This document shows positions 8,976 through 18,086 of a stretch of 26,336 nucleotides of DNA, in pieces. The translations under genes were made by a program, and so were the position numbers. This DNA comes from a virus. Lineage: Duplodnaviria; Caudoviricetes. Within the stretch, counting starts at the first letter, position 1; every line of letters begins with the position of its first letter. Under the pieces are notes generated by a model. It was not told the origin of the DNA, did no database searches, and saw only the letters and a program-made list of their open reading frames with translations. The stretch is from the IMG/VR virus record IMGVR_UViG_3300008113_000729, positions 1-26,336 of that record; one strand, written 5' to 3'.

Positions 8976-9911
8976 TCAGTTCATTGCGATGCCCATGTTC
9001 GCAGGTGCGCCGCTTGCCCCATCACGGGCAACAAAGCCGCCCTCATTGGGGAAGATAACGTTTTGCATGATGCTGCTGAAATCACCACCACCAGCCCCGG
9101 CGTTAAATTCTGAAAACCGCTTTTGCGCTATGGCCGCTGGCAACACCACCGCAAACTTTTTATCAAGCTGCTGCATCGTTTCATAATCCAGCCGTGAACG
9201 GTTTTTTTCATAGAGCTGGCGTGCTGATAAAATGGTATCAGGCTTTTCCGTTGCCAGCATTCCTTGAATCTGTGCGCCATAGATTTTCCCCTGAACGTCT
9301 TGCAATTTGACATTGGTTAATTCAGGCGACCAGCCATTGCGTTCGGCTTGGTCAAGCACCTCATTGCGGGATAAAGCAATATTCTGGCGCACGCGGTTTT
9401 CATCATTCCAGAAAGCGCCCGTGTCCTGCAGCGCACTCTCAACCCGCGCCGCAGTCGTTGCATCAACATAAGCACGCCGCTCTGATTGGGAATACCGCGC
9501 CATGGAATCAAGCGCACCGCTAATCCGCCGCTGCGCCACATCGTTAAATAACTGCTGCTGCTGGGGTGATTGCAGGCGCGAGGCAAATTGCTGTTGCAGC
9601 TTCGTCAGCTCTTGCGGCATAGCCCCATAAGCATCAACTGCCGCTTTACCCTTTTGATTATAAAAACCTTTCTCAGGGTTAAATTGTATATCGCGCAGGG
9701 TGTTATTAAATTCTGCATCAATGGATTTTACGGCTGCCTCGTTATCCTCTGCGGCCATTCTGTCAAAAGATTGTGACGCTGCTGCGAAATTCTGACCTAG
9801 CCCCTGAACCGCCCGCCCTACAACATCACCACCAACGTTTGCCGCTTGCTGCGACTGCGCCGCTATCATTGTCGGCATGACGGTGCGTTGTACGACTGGA
9901 ACCGTGGCCAT
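8976..9911 (-). CDS. N-terminal part of the gp15-like internal virion protein, ending in a truncated glycoside hydrolase 108 domain
   Basis: 311-aa ORF with an MATVPV start and helical Q/A-rich body. Ends IFPNEGGFVARDGASGAPANMGI-AMN*, which is the GH108 EGG catalytic motif plus the N(Y/M)GI motif, then a stop. Confidence 0.7.
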   Translation of the reverse strand: MATVPVVQRTVMPTMIAAQSQQAANVGGDVVGRAVQGLGQNFAAASQSFDRMAAEDNEAAVKSIDAEFNNTLRDIQFNPEKGFYNQKGKAAVDAYGAMPQELTKLQQQFASRLQSPQQQQLFNDVAQRRISGALDSMARYSQSERRAYVDATTAARVESALQDTGAFWNDENRVRQNIALSRNEVLDQAERNGWSPELTNVKLQDVQGKIYGAQIQGMLATEKPDTILSARQLYEKNRSRLDYETMQQLDKKFAVVLPAAIAQKRFSEFNAGAGGGDFSSIMQNVIFPNEGGFVARDGASGAPANMGIAMN

Positions 9912-10474
9912 TAAACGCGCCCACCCATAAGGCCTGATTTGCCTTGCACCATTGGTGAATTGGGAGTTTTAAGCGAATTCCATTTGCTGCCTTTCATGCT
10001 GGAACCTGCCTCAAATAACGTACCCGCCGCCGAAATATAACCAGCCGTGCGTGCTGCTTTTCCTGCCGCTATATCGGCTTGCGCTTGCGTGCCGTAATTC
10101 AAACCTTGCTGCTGATAGCCTCGCACCTGCCGATTGGCCGAATCACGAATCGTTAAGGCATCAAGCTCACCAAGCCCTGCCGTATCTTCCTGCAATGCCA
10201 GCATAGAGCCGCTGTTAACATCAAGGCCACTTGCCGCCCCGGCAACACGCTGCGCCGCTGTTAACCGCCGTATATCTTGGCGCTTCTCTGCCTCTTGTGC
10301 CGCGCCAACTTGTGCCGCTGTTTGTGCGTTTTGGTTGGCTATCTCTTGGTTATTTCGAGCAACGGCTGCTTGATAATTTGCTGTGCGGCGTGCGGTGTTT
10401 GCCTGTGATATTGTACCAGCAACACTTGTAGCTGTCGCTGCTACTGCTGCTGCCACTGCTAGTGGAACACACAT
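9911..10474 (-). CDS. Internal virion protein (T7 gp14-like small ejection protein)
   Basis: 187 aa. MC-x-P hydrophobic N-terminus, A/Q-rich coiled coil, AASGLDVNSGS motif, and conserved gene position. Confidence 0.8.
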   Translation of the reverse strand: MCVPLAVAAAVAATATSVAGTISQANTARRTANYQAAVARNNQEIANQNAQTAAQVGAAQEAEKRQDIRRLTAAQRVAGAASGLDVNSGSMLALQEDTAGLGELDALTIRDSANRQVRGYQQQGLNYGTQAQADIAAGKAARTAGYISAAGTLFEAGSSMKGSKWNSLKTPNSPMVQGKSGLMGGRV

Positions 10475-10918
10475 TTAATGCCTCAACTCAAATACTGAAA
10501 ACATGGCTTTTTTCCGCCCATACTTTACCGGAGTATGTATATCAAAACCTAAATAAAGCAATAACTTTATCGCTTCTTTATACGGTGCATAAACCATGCC
10601 CATCAAATGGGGATATTGTTGCTTGTAATAATCAACAAAACGCCGCGATTCCTTAAGCAGCGTGCGCTTCTTTATATGCGGCGCAGTTAAGAGCCAAACG
10701 GATGCTTCATTCCCTAAAAGATGCGGAACGTTAATTCCCCACATAGCCAAAACCTTTCCGTTCTCAACGGCGCTGTAGCAATGCAGTGAGCTTTTAACGC
10801 CGTGCAGCAATACCTCTAGCGGCTCATGCCCACCCGCGAGCACCTCTTCTAAATCGGCTTGCTTAAGGTTTTGAGAAAGCTCAATCGCATGTTCCTCTGT
10901 TGCCTTAATAATTATCAT
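10475..10918 (-). CDS. T7 gp13-like protein (DUF2833/GNAT-like fold)
   Basis: 147 aa. NLKQADLEEVLA, AMWG, VWLLT, AIKLLLYLGF motifs; lies between the nozzle and gp14-like genes. Confidence 0.75.
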   Translation of the reverse strand: MIIIKATEEHAIELSQNLKQADLEEVLAGGHEPLEVLLHGVKSSLHCYSAVENGKVLAMWGINVPHLLGNEASVWLLTAPHIKKRTLLKESRRFVDYYKQQYPHLMGMVYAPYKEAIKLLLYLGFDIHTPVKYGRKKAMFSVFELRH

Positions 10919-13512
10919 TTGTTTGTATCGCCTACAACTATTTCAGGGATACAACCTAAAATAGTTGCCGGCAAGGGGTCATCCTGAACAAAAAACATTT
11001 GACCATCAGCGTTCCAATTTTGATCAAGAATAATTCTCTGGTCATCATCCGATAAAGGGATTGCTTGCCCCATAAAAACGCTCGATGTTCTTTGCTTATA
11101 GGGAACCAGCGTATTAAGAGTGGAACCCATTTTTAAGCCGCGTGTTGCTTTAACACGCACCGTCACAGCGGGAATGCGCTTGCGTTTGCCCTGTATACTG
11201 CCATCACCCAAATCTAACCGCAGCGTTCCTAGGATGCATCTATACGGTAAGCCAACAACAACAACACTAGAAGGAGTGTCAAGCGTCACAGAACCAGAAA
11301 CAACAGTCTGACGCGGCAAAACGTTGCCATCCGCCAAAATTGCAACTTCTTTGCCTTCCAAATGGTCAAGGCCGCTTACCGTACTGACAACAGGATTACA
11401 GCTCCATTCGCCCGGCTTAACAATAAATGGCGTCGATGCTGGGTCATTGGGGAACAAAGATGTTATGGGCTTAATAATATCGCACGTTACGCGGGAAGAA
11501 TTGACAAACGCCGTTATAACCGCAATGCCGCCCCCGCATCGAATAATCCTGCCGACCATGGAAGCATCAAAAGCACCCGATGCGCTGGTTTGAAAGTTAA
11601 CCCCCGTGCCGCTTGCTGCTGCTGGGTATAATTCCATTGGCGGATAATACTGCGGAAGTTCTAAAGCGCAATCAACGCACCATGCCTTTGTAACATCTGC
11701 TTCTATATTTTGCGGTTTATTCTCTGCAAAATTGCGGCTTGCTATGCGCTCAATATAACGAATGAAGCGCCCCTCAATAATGCGCCGCACCACAAAATAG
11801 ACAGCGGACTCCGCCCCTTCCCGCGTTGAAGCAACCCGTTCAAAAAGACCATCGGTATCATGACGCGCTATGCCGTTGACTTCCTGCTCTTTCAAATATG
11901 TTAGACTTAGCAATACACCGTCATCACGCACCATCCAAACAATCTTGTTCGGCTCTTCTGCATATGCCCATGAAACAATTTCTCTATTTTCAAACAGATG
12001 CTTAGAGAAAACTGTCAAATCATTTCCGGTAAAAACATTCTGAAGGAAATCATATTGCAAATCTCTAACGGTGTTGCCCTGTTCCTGCACATAAAGAATG
12101 TTACCGTTAATAAACAACGGCTGCAAATCAGACGCGCCGTTACCTACTTGCGGGTCAGCGCGAACCGTTGCGGGTGTAAGCACGCCATCTGAATTGCCAT
12201 TAACAACAAACGCGCCGCCGCTGGTAAAGGCTATAAGGCCGTTGCTTGCTGGCACTAATGATTTAATTTCATTAACTTGCTGGCTGTTAATTGTTAGAGT
12301 GATTGCATCCGTATCAACGCCCGGAAACGATACGTTCATGTTGCGATACAGCGCCGTTTGCGTCATCCAGAGCGTCTGCGGAAATTGGTATGATGCGGCA
12401 AAAGTTTTACGCTGCTTGTAATACGTTGCTTTGCCCGGCCAGTTATTAGGCGCGGATACTGTTGCTGTTGCCGTTGCGCCCGTTCCTGTGGAGTCGTTAA
12501 AAGTGACAGTGGGGGACACATAGCGCACGCCTTGCGAGCGGATAACAACACCCGTAATAACGCCAGCCGCAATAATAGGAAATCCATTAAAACCCTTACC
12601 CGGTGCGCCGCTAACAGTAACCGTGGTGTTGGCAGTATAACCGCTTCCGCCCGCCGTAACGGTAATTGTAGTAATCCGCCCATTGGCAAATGGGTCTGTA
12701 ATGGTGGGCGGCGGTGCGCCAAAATCCGGCACACCATTAGAATCTTGGTAAGTACTGCCCGATGTAGAGCCAATAAGGCCATATAAAGAATTTATATCAG
12801 CGGCAGCCGATGGTATTTCTTCCTGCCTATAAATGTTATAGAGCGATGCCCCGGCTATAGGCGTCCAGTTAACAGTAACGTATGCATTCGCATTTTGTGA
12901 CATTATTGCAGAGGCTGTAGTGGTGGCCGACAACGACGCCAAACTTTCCTCGCCCGTTGTTGCGCTGATAGCTGTAATTACATAACGATACGTTGTAGTT
13001 CCTGCGGTTGATGCTGTTGCGGTTCCGATTGTAGGCGCAGCTATCTCAGGCTCAAAATTGATTGCCGTTAAAACCCAGTTTGTATTTGTGATGCGTGTCA
13101 AATCATACGGAGGATAATTCGGATGCGTAATGGTCAAAACATCAGCCGATTGCGTAAATTTCAACTTGGCTAGGTCTACGCCTGACCATGGCGTAACCAG
13201 CTTGTAAGGCACGCCAGCGGATAAAACCAAACCGCCATTGTTAATGACCCGCATGTAATACTGGCCAAACTCAAGCATGTAGGTTTGTTCGGCATTAAAG
13301 GAAAACTCTTTTAATATAACGGGATGCGCTGAATCATCCACCTCTGCAATAAAGCGCGTACCCGCCCTTGTGCTTGCGCCGCCACGATAATCAACCTGAT
13401 AATTGCGCATGATGCTTGCGCCCGTGCCGTATCGCGCCACATCAACCCGCGCGAACAAGGCGCTGTCAAACTCACCGCCCGCGAAAGATGTTTTAATAAC
13501 GTTGGTTGTCAT
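10915..13512 (-). CDS. Tail tubular protein B / nozzle (T7 gp12-like)
   Basis: 865 aa. SFAGGE start, LEFGQYYMRV, FTQSADVL, GLDHLEGKEVAILADG, VVVGLPY and QDDPLPATIL motifs. Confidence 0.9.
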   Translation of the reverse strand: MTTNVIKTSFAGGEFDSALFARVDVARYGTGASIMRNYQVDYRGGASTRAGTRFIAEVDDSAHPVILKEFSFNAEQTYMLEFGQYYMRVINNGGLVLSAGVPYKLVTPWSGVDLAKLKFTQSADVLTITHPNYPPYDLTRITNTNWVLTAINFEPEIAAPTIGTATASTAGTTTYRYVITAISATTGEESLASLSATTTASAIMSQNANAYVTVNWTPIAGASLYNIYRQEEIPSAAADINSLYGLIGSTSGSTYQDSNGVPDFGAPPPTITDPFANGRITTITVTAGGSGYTANTTVTVSGAPGKGFNGFPIIAAGVITGVVIRSQGVRYVSPTVTFNDSTGTGATATATVSAPNNWPGKATYYKQRKTFAASYQFPQTLWMTQTALYRNMNVSFPGVDTDAITLTINSQQVNEIKSLVPASNGLIAFTSGGAFVVNGNSDGVLTPATVRADPQVGNGASDLQPLFINGNILYVQEQGNTVRDLQYDFLQNVFTGNDLTVFSKHLFENREIVSWAYAEEPNKIVWMVRDDGVLLSLTYLKEQEVNGIARHDTDGLFERVASTREGAESAVYFVVRRIIEGRFIRYIERIASRNFAENKPQNIEADVTKAWCVDCALELPQYYPPMELYPAAASGTGVNFQTSASGAFDASMVGRIIRCGGGIAVITAFVNSSRVTCDIIKPITSLFPNDPASTPFIVKPGEWSCNPVVSTVSGLDHLEGKEVAILADGNVLPRQTVVSGSVTLDTPSSVVVVGLPYRCILGTLRLDLGDGSIQGKRKRIPAVTVRVKATRGLKMGSTLNTLVPYKQRTSSVFMGQAIPLSDDDQRIILDQNWNADGQMFFVQDDPLPATILGCIPEIVVGDTNK

Positions 13513-13514
13513 GT

Positions 13515-14309
13515 TTAGCCTGAGAAGTAACTGGCATACGGCTCATAAAAATAACCCTCGCCAGATTCACTATGCGCCGCGCCGCTGTACCCACGCGCCG
13601 AAATCCAACTTGGAACGTGTGACAGCATTTCAACCGTTTCGTTGGCATCGTCCGCACGCGCCATCTTAATGAGCGCATCTGCCTCTTGGTATTTCATCAG
13701 CGAGAGCTGTTTGTCACCAGCCAAGGAAATCGCCAGCTTTGCGCCCAATGCCGCAACCAAGGCCGATTCAAAGGAATCATCAAACATATCAGTGTTAACT
13801 ATGGTTTTTGTATAGTTAACAATAGCTTGCCGCTGATTTGTAAGAATAACCTTTATTTCATTGTTGTTTGAATCAAGGTCAAGCGCCACTTTAAACCGCG
13901 CTGATGATCCTTCTCTATAGCCGTAAGGTGTTGCGCCGCCTAATCCCACGGGGAAAATAGGCGTAGTAACGCCCCCTGTGGTTGATGCTTGCGGCAATAC
14001 CTGCTGCACCCTAATGCAGTCACTAGGATACGCATAAGCGTATAACCACGGCGGGGCAGGGTGTGCGCTTGTCCATAAGCCATTGCCTACCGTTGGATTT
14101 TCTGGTGTGCCCGGCATCGCTTTTAGTAATGTCAGCAAGGTTGTGCGCCGCGCAAAGTTCCAATTTGCCATACGCAGCAATCGCTTAACCAATGGCTCAA
14201 AATGCGTATTGCACGCCAGCGCCTCATTGGATTGTTCTGTTAAGCTGGCTATTGTAGAGCGCGTACCTATCTCGCCTAAAGTGCGATTGCAAATATCAAC
14301 GGTTGCCAC
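13515..14309 (-). CDS. Tail tubular protein A / head-tail adaptor (T7 gp11-like), GTG start
   Basis: 264 aa. VDICNRTLGEIG..IASLTEQSNEA..C, WNFARR, W.YAYAYPSDCIR, FDDSFESALVAALGAKLA..L.GD motifs. Confidence 0.9.
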   Translation of the reverse strand: MATVDICNRTLGEIGTRSTIASLTEQSNEALACNTHFEPLVKRLLRMANWNFARRTTLLTLLKAMPGTPENPTVGNGLWTSAHPAPPWLYAYAYPSDCIRVQQVLPQASTTGGVTTPIFPVGLGGATPYGYREGSSARFKVALDLDSNNNEIKVILTNQRQAIVNYTKTIVNTDMFDDSFESALVAALGAKLAISLAGDKQLSLMKYQEADALIKMARADDANETVEMLSHVPSWISARGYSGAAHSESGEGYFYEPYASYFSG

Positions 14310-14311
14310 GG

Positions 14312-14668
14312 TTAAAACCCATAGGCTTTAGCCGAGCTTTGCGATTGCGAAACACGATAACTAATGGTTCCACTGCCAAAAGTGGTGCAGTTAAGCCGAT
14401 ACAAAACTTGTGATTCAGGCTCTAAAGCAATAACCGAAACGGGACTTGTATAGCTTGCTGGGCTGCCGGATGCATTAACCGATACCTTTAACCAGTTAGC
14501 ACCGTTATCAAAACTTTTTTCAATATCAACCGTTCCTGAAAACGTGCCAAATATTGAAACGTTAAAATAACCCAAAAAAGGGGCAACCGAGCTTTGCCCC
14601 GTACCAGTAAACGAGCCGCTGATTAAAGGGGATGATGTATCTCTACCGCCGCCCGCTGGTTGTCCCAT
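14312..14668 (-). CDS. Hypothetical beta-rich virion protein
   Basis: 118 aa. FNVSIFGTFSGTVDIEKSFDNGANW...EPESQVLYRLNCT; lies in the structural cluster. Confidence 0.7.
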   Translation of the reverse strand: MGQPAGGGRDTSSPLISGSFTGTGQSSVAPFLGYFNVSIFGTFSGTVDIEKSFDNGANWLKVSVNASGSPASYTSPVSVIALEPESQVLYRLNCTTFGSGTISYRVSQSQSSAKAYGF

Positions 14669-14683
14669 AGGTTAAAATCCACT

Positions 14684-15319
14684 TTATTCTTCAGTCCACA
14701 CGACTTCATAGGACATTGTTGTTGCGTTTGCTAGCGCCACGCCGTTCAGGTTAACAACGAGGCCTTGCGTAGTGCCGCGCAAGACCAATCCCTGAGCATT
14801 GTTTGTTGCGAAATCAACAATAATCCTATCAGAAAAGGCGCTTGTGGTAATCGGGAAATTGACGGTACGCGCAGCAACAATACCAGCGCTTGTTCCCGGT
14901 GTGCCTAATGCCGTGTAATGCGCCACACTCGCGGTTGCGGCTGGGCTGTTACTATCAAAAGCAGCCGTGACAGGGACAACGGGAGTACCCCCCGCTAGTG
15001 CTGTTGAGCGCTTAATAAGCGCAACCGCAATACCTTGAGCGGCAGTAGCTGCCGTACCGGAAACAACTACGCGCAATACGCGGATGGTTCTTGTCGCGCT
15101 GCCGTAAATTGCCACAACGTCAGTGGGGGTTGCAGGAAGTGCAAAGCCTACTGAGCCAGTTGAAAATGTTGGCTTAGTTCCTTCGGTTGAAACTATAAGG
15201 CCTCCATAGGGAGTAACACCAGCGCCGGCTTGAACATTGGTTATTGCAACGCCTCGGCGTATAGTGCTGCCTGTGCCGTTATCATAAATAACGCCCGGCG
15301 ATGCAAATTTTTCAGGCAT
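14684..15319 (-). CDS. Hypothetical virion structural/decoration protein
   Basis: T/A/G/V-rich beta protein ending WTEE. ATG 15319 with AAGGA upstream is preferred over the TTG at 15325 given by the ORF track. Confidence 0.7.
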   Translation of the reverse strand: MPEKFASPGVIYDNGTGSTIRRGVAITNVQAGAGVTPYGGLIVSTEGTKPTFSTGSVGFALPATPTDVVAIYGSATRTIRVLRVVVSGTAATAAQGIAVALIKRSTALAGGTPVVPVTAAFDSNSPAATASVAHYTALGTPGTSAGIVAARTVNFPITTSAFSDRIIVDFATNNAQGLVLRGTTQGLVVNLNGVALANATTMSYEVVWTEE

Positions 15320-15611
15320 GAGCAAATTCCTTTACTTTTTTAGGACGGCGGATAGCTTCTTGTTCTTGCATTTCTTCTTCGATAAGCTCTTCATCAAAGG
15401 TGTTAAAATTAGCAAAAGAATAAGCAGCCACATCTTTTCTTGGCGATTTGAAGTTCTGCTCTTTTGCAGCTAAGTATTTTTCTTTTGCCACCTTATCCAT
15501 TGGCTGCATATAGGCCGCTGGGAAGACATCATCAGAAACAGTGATAATCGCGCCTTCTTCATAGACGGTGTTATCAAAATATGCTTTTTCGTGTAGCTTA
15601 TAGCGAGCCAT
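15312..15611 (-). CDS. Hypothetical protein (small gene following the cement gene)
   Basis: 99 aa. AAGGA RBS; MARYKLHEKAYFDNTVYEEG N-terminus and charged tail. Confidence 0.75.
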   Translation of the reverse strand: MARYKLHEKAYFDNTVYEEGAIITVSDDVFPAAYMQPMDKVAKEKYLAAKEQNFKSPRKDVAAYSFANFNTFDEELIEEEMQEQEAIRRPKKVKEFAHA

Positions 15612-15629
15612 ATTAATCCTTATTTTTCA

Positions 15630-16292
15630 TCACGGAATTCCGCCCTGATAATATGCACCAGTATCGACCGATCCAGCAAGGAAAGAATTAACAGAACCAG
15701 CTGTCATCGTGTTAGATACAACATACGCCAGCTTGTAAAAGCGCGGCAATGGTGGTGAAGGAGAGAAATTCACATCAGCACCCGCCGCAATGGTTGCAGC
15801 GTTCGACAGGGTAAGGGTGTTACTAGAAATGCTTGCAATCGTTGTTCCGGGGATAATACCAACCGCACTAACAAATAAGCCAGCCGATAATCCCGCGGCG
15901 GAAACAATAGGAACGCTGGTTGACGCACTAACCACTGCGGTTGTTTGCGACCGCGCAAAAGGTGAGAAGCCGTTGGCAACAGGCGGCAAAGGAAATTGTG
16001 CAATCTTTTGCCCAGCAGTTAACCGACCCAAAGGCAGCGCCCCAGATTCTGCAATGGTGTTGTAAACACCCTCTGCCCCAGAACCGTTATCCGGTGCGCC
16101 AAGCAAACGAACGGTTAACGTTGCCGCTGCCGTACCAGATGTAAAGCTAGTTGCCGCCAATACCAATACGGTTAAAGGCGCAGCGCCAATGCCCATATCA
16201 CGGTTAGAACCCATATCAATCTGGTTTGCTGAGTCAGCCGTGGTTGTAACTGCTTGGGCGGCGCTGAATTGTAATTGTTGGTCAAGTATCAT
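15630..16292 (-). CDS. Bbp16-like capsid cement/decoration protein with an inserted beta domain
   Basis: 220 aa directly after the capsid gene. MILDQQLQFSAAQAVT..ADSANQID, L.AGQKI, RFYKLAYVV..TMTAGSVNSFL motifs; AAGGA RBS. Confidence 0.8.
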   Translation of the reverse strand: MILDQQLQFSAAQAVTTTADSANQIDMGSNRDMGIGAAPLTVLVLAATSFTSGTAAATLTVRLLGAPDNGSGAEGVYNTIAESGALPLGRLTAGQKIAQFPLPPVANGFSPFARSQTTAVVSASTSVPIVSAAGLSAGLFVSAVGIIPGTTIASISSNTLTLSNAATIAAGADVNFSPSPPLPRFYKLAYVVSNTMTAGSVNSFLAGSVDTGAYYQGGIP

Positions 16293-16303
16293 GAGTTTTT
16301 CCT

Positions 16304-17359
16304 TTAAACTACGCGAGCTTCGGTGTTGAGAATAGAATCAACGGTGCGAATTGGAATGCCTAGGAAGTTGGTTTGAATTTTACCAGCGTATTCAGATAGG
16401 CTTAATTGCATATTGTGTTTGTTCGAGGCCTGAATGTTCAAGTATGTGCGAATCAAACGGTTACAATAAATGACCGTTTTGCCCATGCTCATTTGACCGC
16501 CATCAGAAGCATCGGTTTTTTGAACTGAACCTTGACCAGCAGGAAGAGTTTTAATCAAACCAAGTCCGCGATGGATATATTCCACAATATCCGCAGCGTT
16601 GTTGCCAGTTAATAGCAATGCATCAATGTTAGCAATACGCACCACGTACTGCCAATCGGGTACACTAAGACCAGTCTTCCACTTGTAATGTGATTTATAT
16701 GCTTGATACTGGGCGCTAGATGCACCCACTGCCGTCATATGGGTTACTTCGCCTAAGTCTTTATGCTGCAACCCTGCTTGCGAGCCTTTAGGGAAAAATC
16801 CGTGGCACGTTCCCTTGCCCCACACAACAATCCAAATAGAAGTATTGGTAGAGCCAGTGCCGCCAGCATCTACAACGTTTTTAGCAGTTTGCGCACTTGC
16901 AAGGTTGAGCGTGCTAAAGCGTGGGGCTAAACCCATAATTTGTGCTGGCGTGCTCAATGCGTTTGAATAGATATACGCCTGAGACATTTGCTGATTCATG
17001 CCCTCTAGCACGGCCATATCTTCAGACAAGCGAAACGCGGGAGTGTTACCATTCAGCTCTGCTAAATCTTTATCAATGGTTGAGTAGCACTCAAGAGAAC
17101 CAGCCGTATCGGTAATCTGCGCAGTTTCAGATTTAACATCGCCGATACCTTGGTTAATCAAGCGCCATGTGGCTTGCGGCAATCCAGTGCGCACCGTTGT
17201 TTGATGCCCAGTAGGAAGGTTTCCTTCCAGCACCAGCATATCTTCAAGCAATTCATTGGTTTGCGAAAGCAAATTCACAATAGTGGCAATACTGCCGTCC
17301 GGATCCATGCGGCGGGCATGGTCTGCGTATGTGCTATATTGATTGCCGATTATGGGCAT
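16304..17359 (-). CDS. Major capsid protein (BPP-1 Bbp17-like)
   Basis: 351 aa. LSQTNELLEDM..EGNLPTGHQTTVRTGLP..TWR..NQG, DAGGTGSTNTSIW.VVW, DWQYVVRIANID, FLGIPIR.VD.ILNTEARVV; AAGGA RBS. Confidence 0.95.
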   Translation of the reverse strand: MPIIGNQYSTYADHARRMDPDGSIATIVNLLSQTNELLEDMLVLEGNLPTGHQTTVRTGLPQATWRLINQGIGDVKSETAQITDTAGSLECYSTIDKDLAELNGNTPAFRLSEDMAVLEGMNQQMSQAYIYSNALSTPAQIMGLAPRFSTLNLASAQTAKNVVDAGGTGSTNTSIWIVVWGKGTCHGFFPKGSQAGLQHKDLGEVTHMTAVGASSAQYQAYKSHYKWKTGLSVPDWQYVVRIANIDALLLTGNNAADIVEYIHRGLGLIKTLPAGQGSVQKTDASDGGQMSMGKTVIYCNRLIRTYLNIQASNKHNMQLSLSEYAGKIQTNFLGIPIRTVDSILNTEARVV

Positions 17360-17371
17360 AATTTAATCCTT

Positions 17372-18082
17372 TTACGTTTTGCCCTGATTGGGATACAGGG
17401 TTTCGGCTGGGTTTTTCTTTTCTTTGGAGCCGGGCACTGCGCCCGGTGTTAATCTTGGCTGTTCATTAAGTGCCTGTGCAATCTTGTTAAATGTCCTAAT
17501 GAATTCAGGATGATTGCCAACGCCTGTTATTTTGAGCGCTTCTACAAAAGCGGGGCTGCAATATGCAGGATTGTCCCGCAGTTTTGCAATATTAGTCATG
17601 GTGCTGTCGTAATTTGCGCCGCCAATTTCAGGGTCGTCTTTAACTTTAGACTGCCACTCTGTTTGCAGCTTGTGCCACTCTTGATAGGGAGCCTTCAGAG
17701 CATCCGCTATTTGTGGTGCTAACTCTGCGATAATAGTTTCAGCAGCTTCTTGTGGTATGCCTTTTTGTGAGGCAATTTCAACAAACTTGCTTAATCCTAA
17801 ATCCTCAGAATCAATTCCCTCAGGAATCTTTAAATCCTTGTATTCAATTGGTTCAGGCTTTGCAAGTTCTTTTTCCGCGCTTTCTTCTTTTTTTTCTCCA
17901 GGCTCTTTAGCATCTTTTGATGCATTATTTTCTTCTTTCTTTTCAGCATCTTGCGGCTTTGCATCTGCCATAAGATTACTCAAGGCTTCTGGCGCAGCCT
18001 TTGTTTTTGGCGTTTCAATCGGCGTTGATTCTACCGCTTGTGGCGTTTCTGCAACGGTTTCTTGCGGTGTTGATTCGGTCAT
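17372..18082 (-). CDS. Capsid assembly scaffolding protein
   Basis: 236 aa directly before the capsid gene. Acidic low-complexity N-terminus, DPEIGG, TGVGNHPEFIRTF, C-terminal AETLYP. Confidence 0.85.
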   Translation of the reverse strand: MTESTPQETVAETPQAVESTPIETPKTKAAPEALSNLMADAKPQDAEKKEENNASKDAKEPGEKKEESAEKELAKPEPIEYKDLKIPEGIDSEDLGLSKFVEIASQKGIPQEAAETIIAELAPQIADALKAPYQEWHKLQTEWQSKVKDDPEIGGANYDSTMTNIAKLRDNPAYCSPAFVEALKITGVGNHPEFIRTFNKIAQALNEQPRLTPGAVPGSKEKKNPAETLYPNQGKT

Positions 18083-18086
18083 GGTT

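Noticed and set aside
8386-9022. Programmed -1 ribosomal frameshifting to rejoin the split ejection gene
   Set aside because: No X-XXY-YYZ heptamer seen at either junction, the shift window at junction 2 is only one or two codons, and frameshifting would not restore the missing GH108 core.
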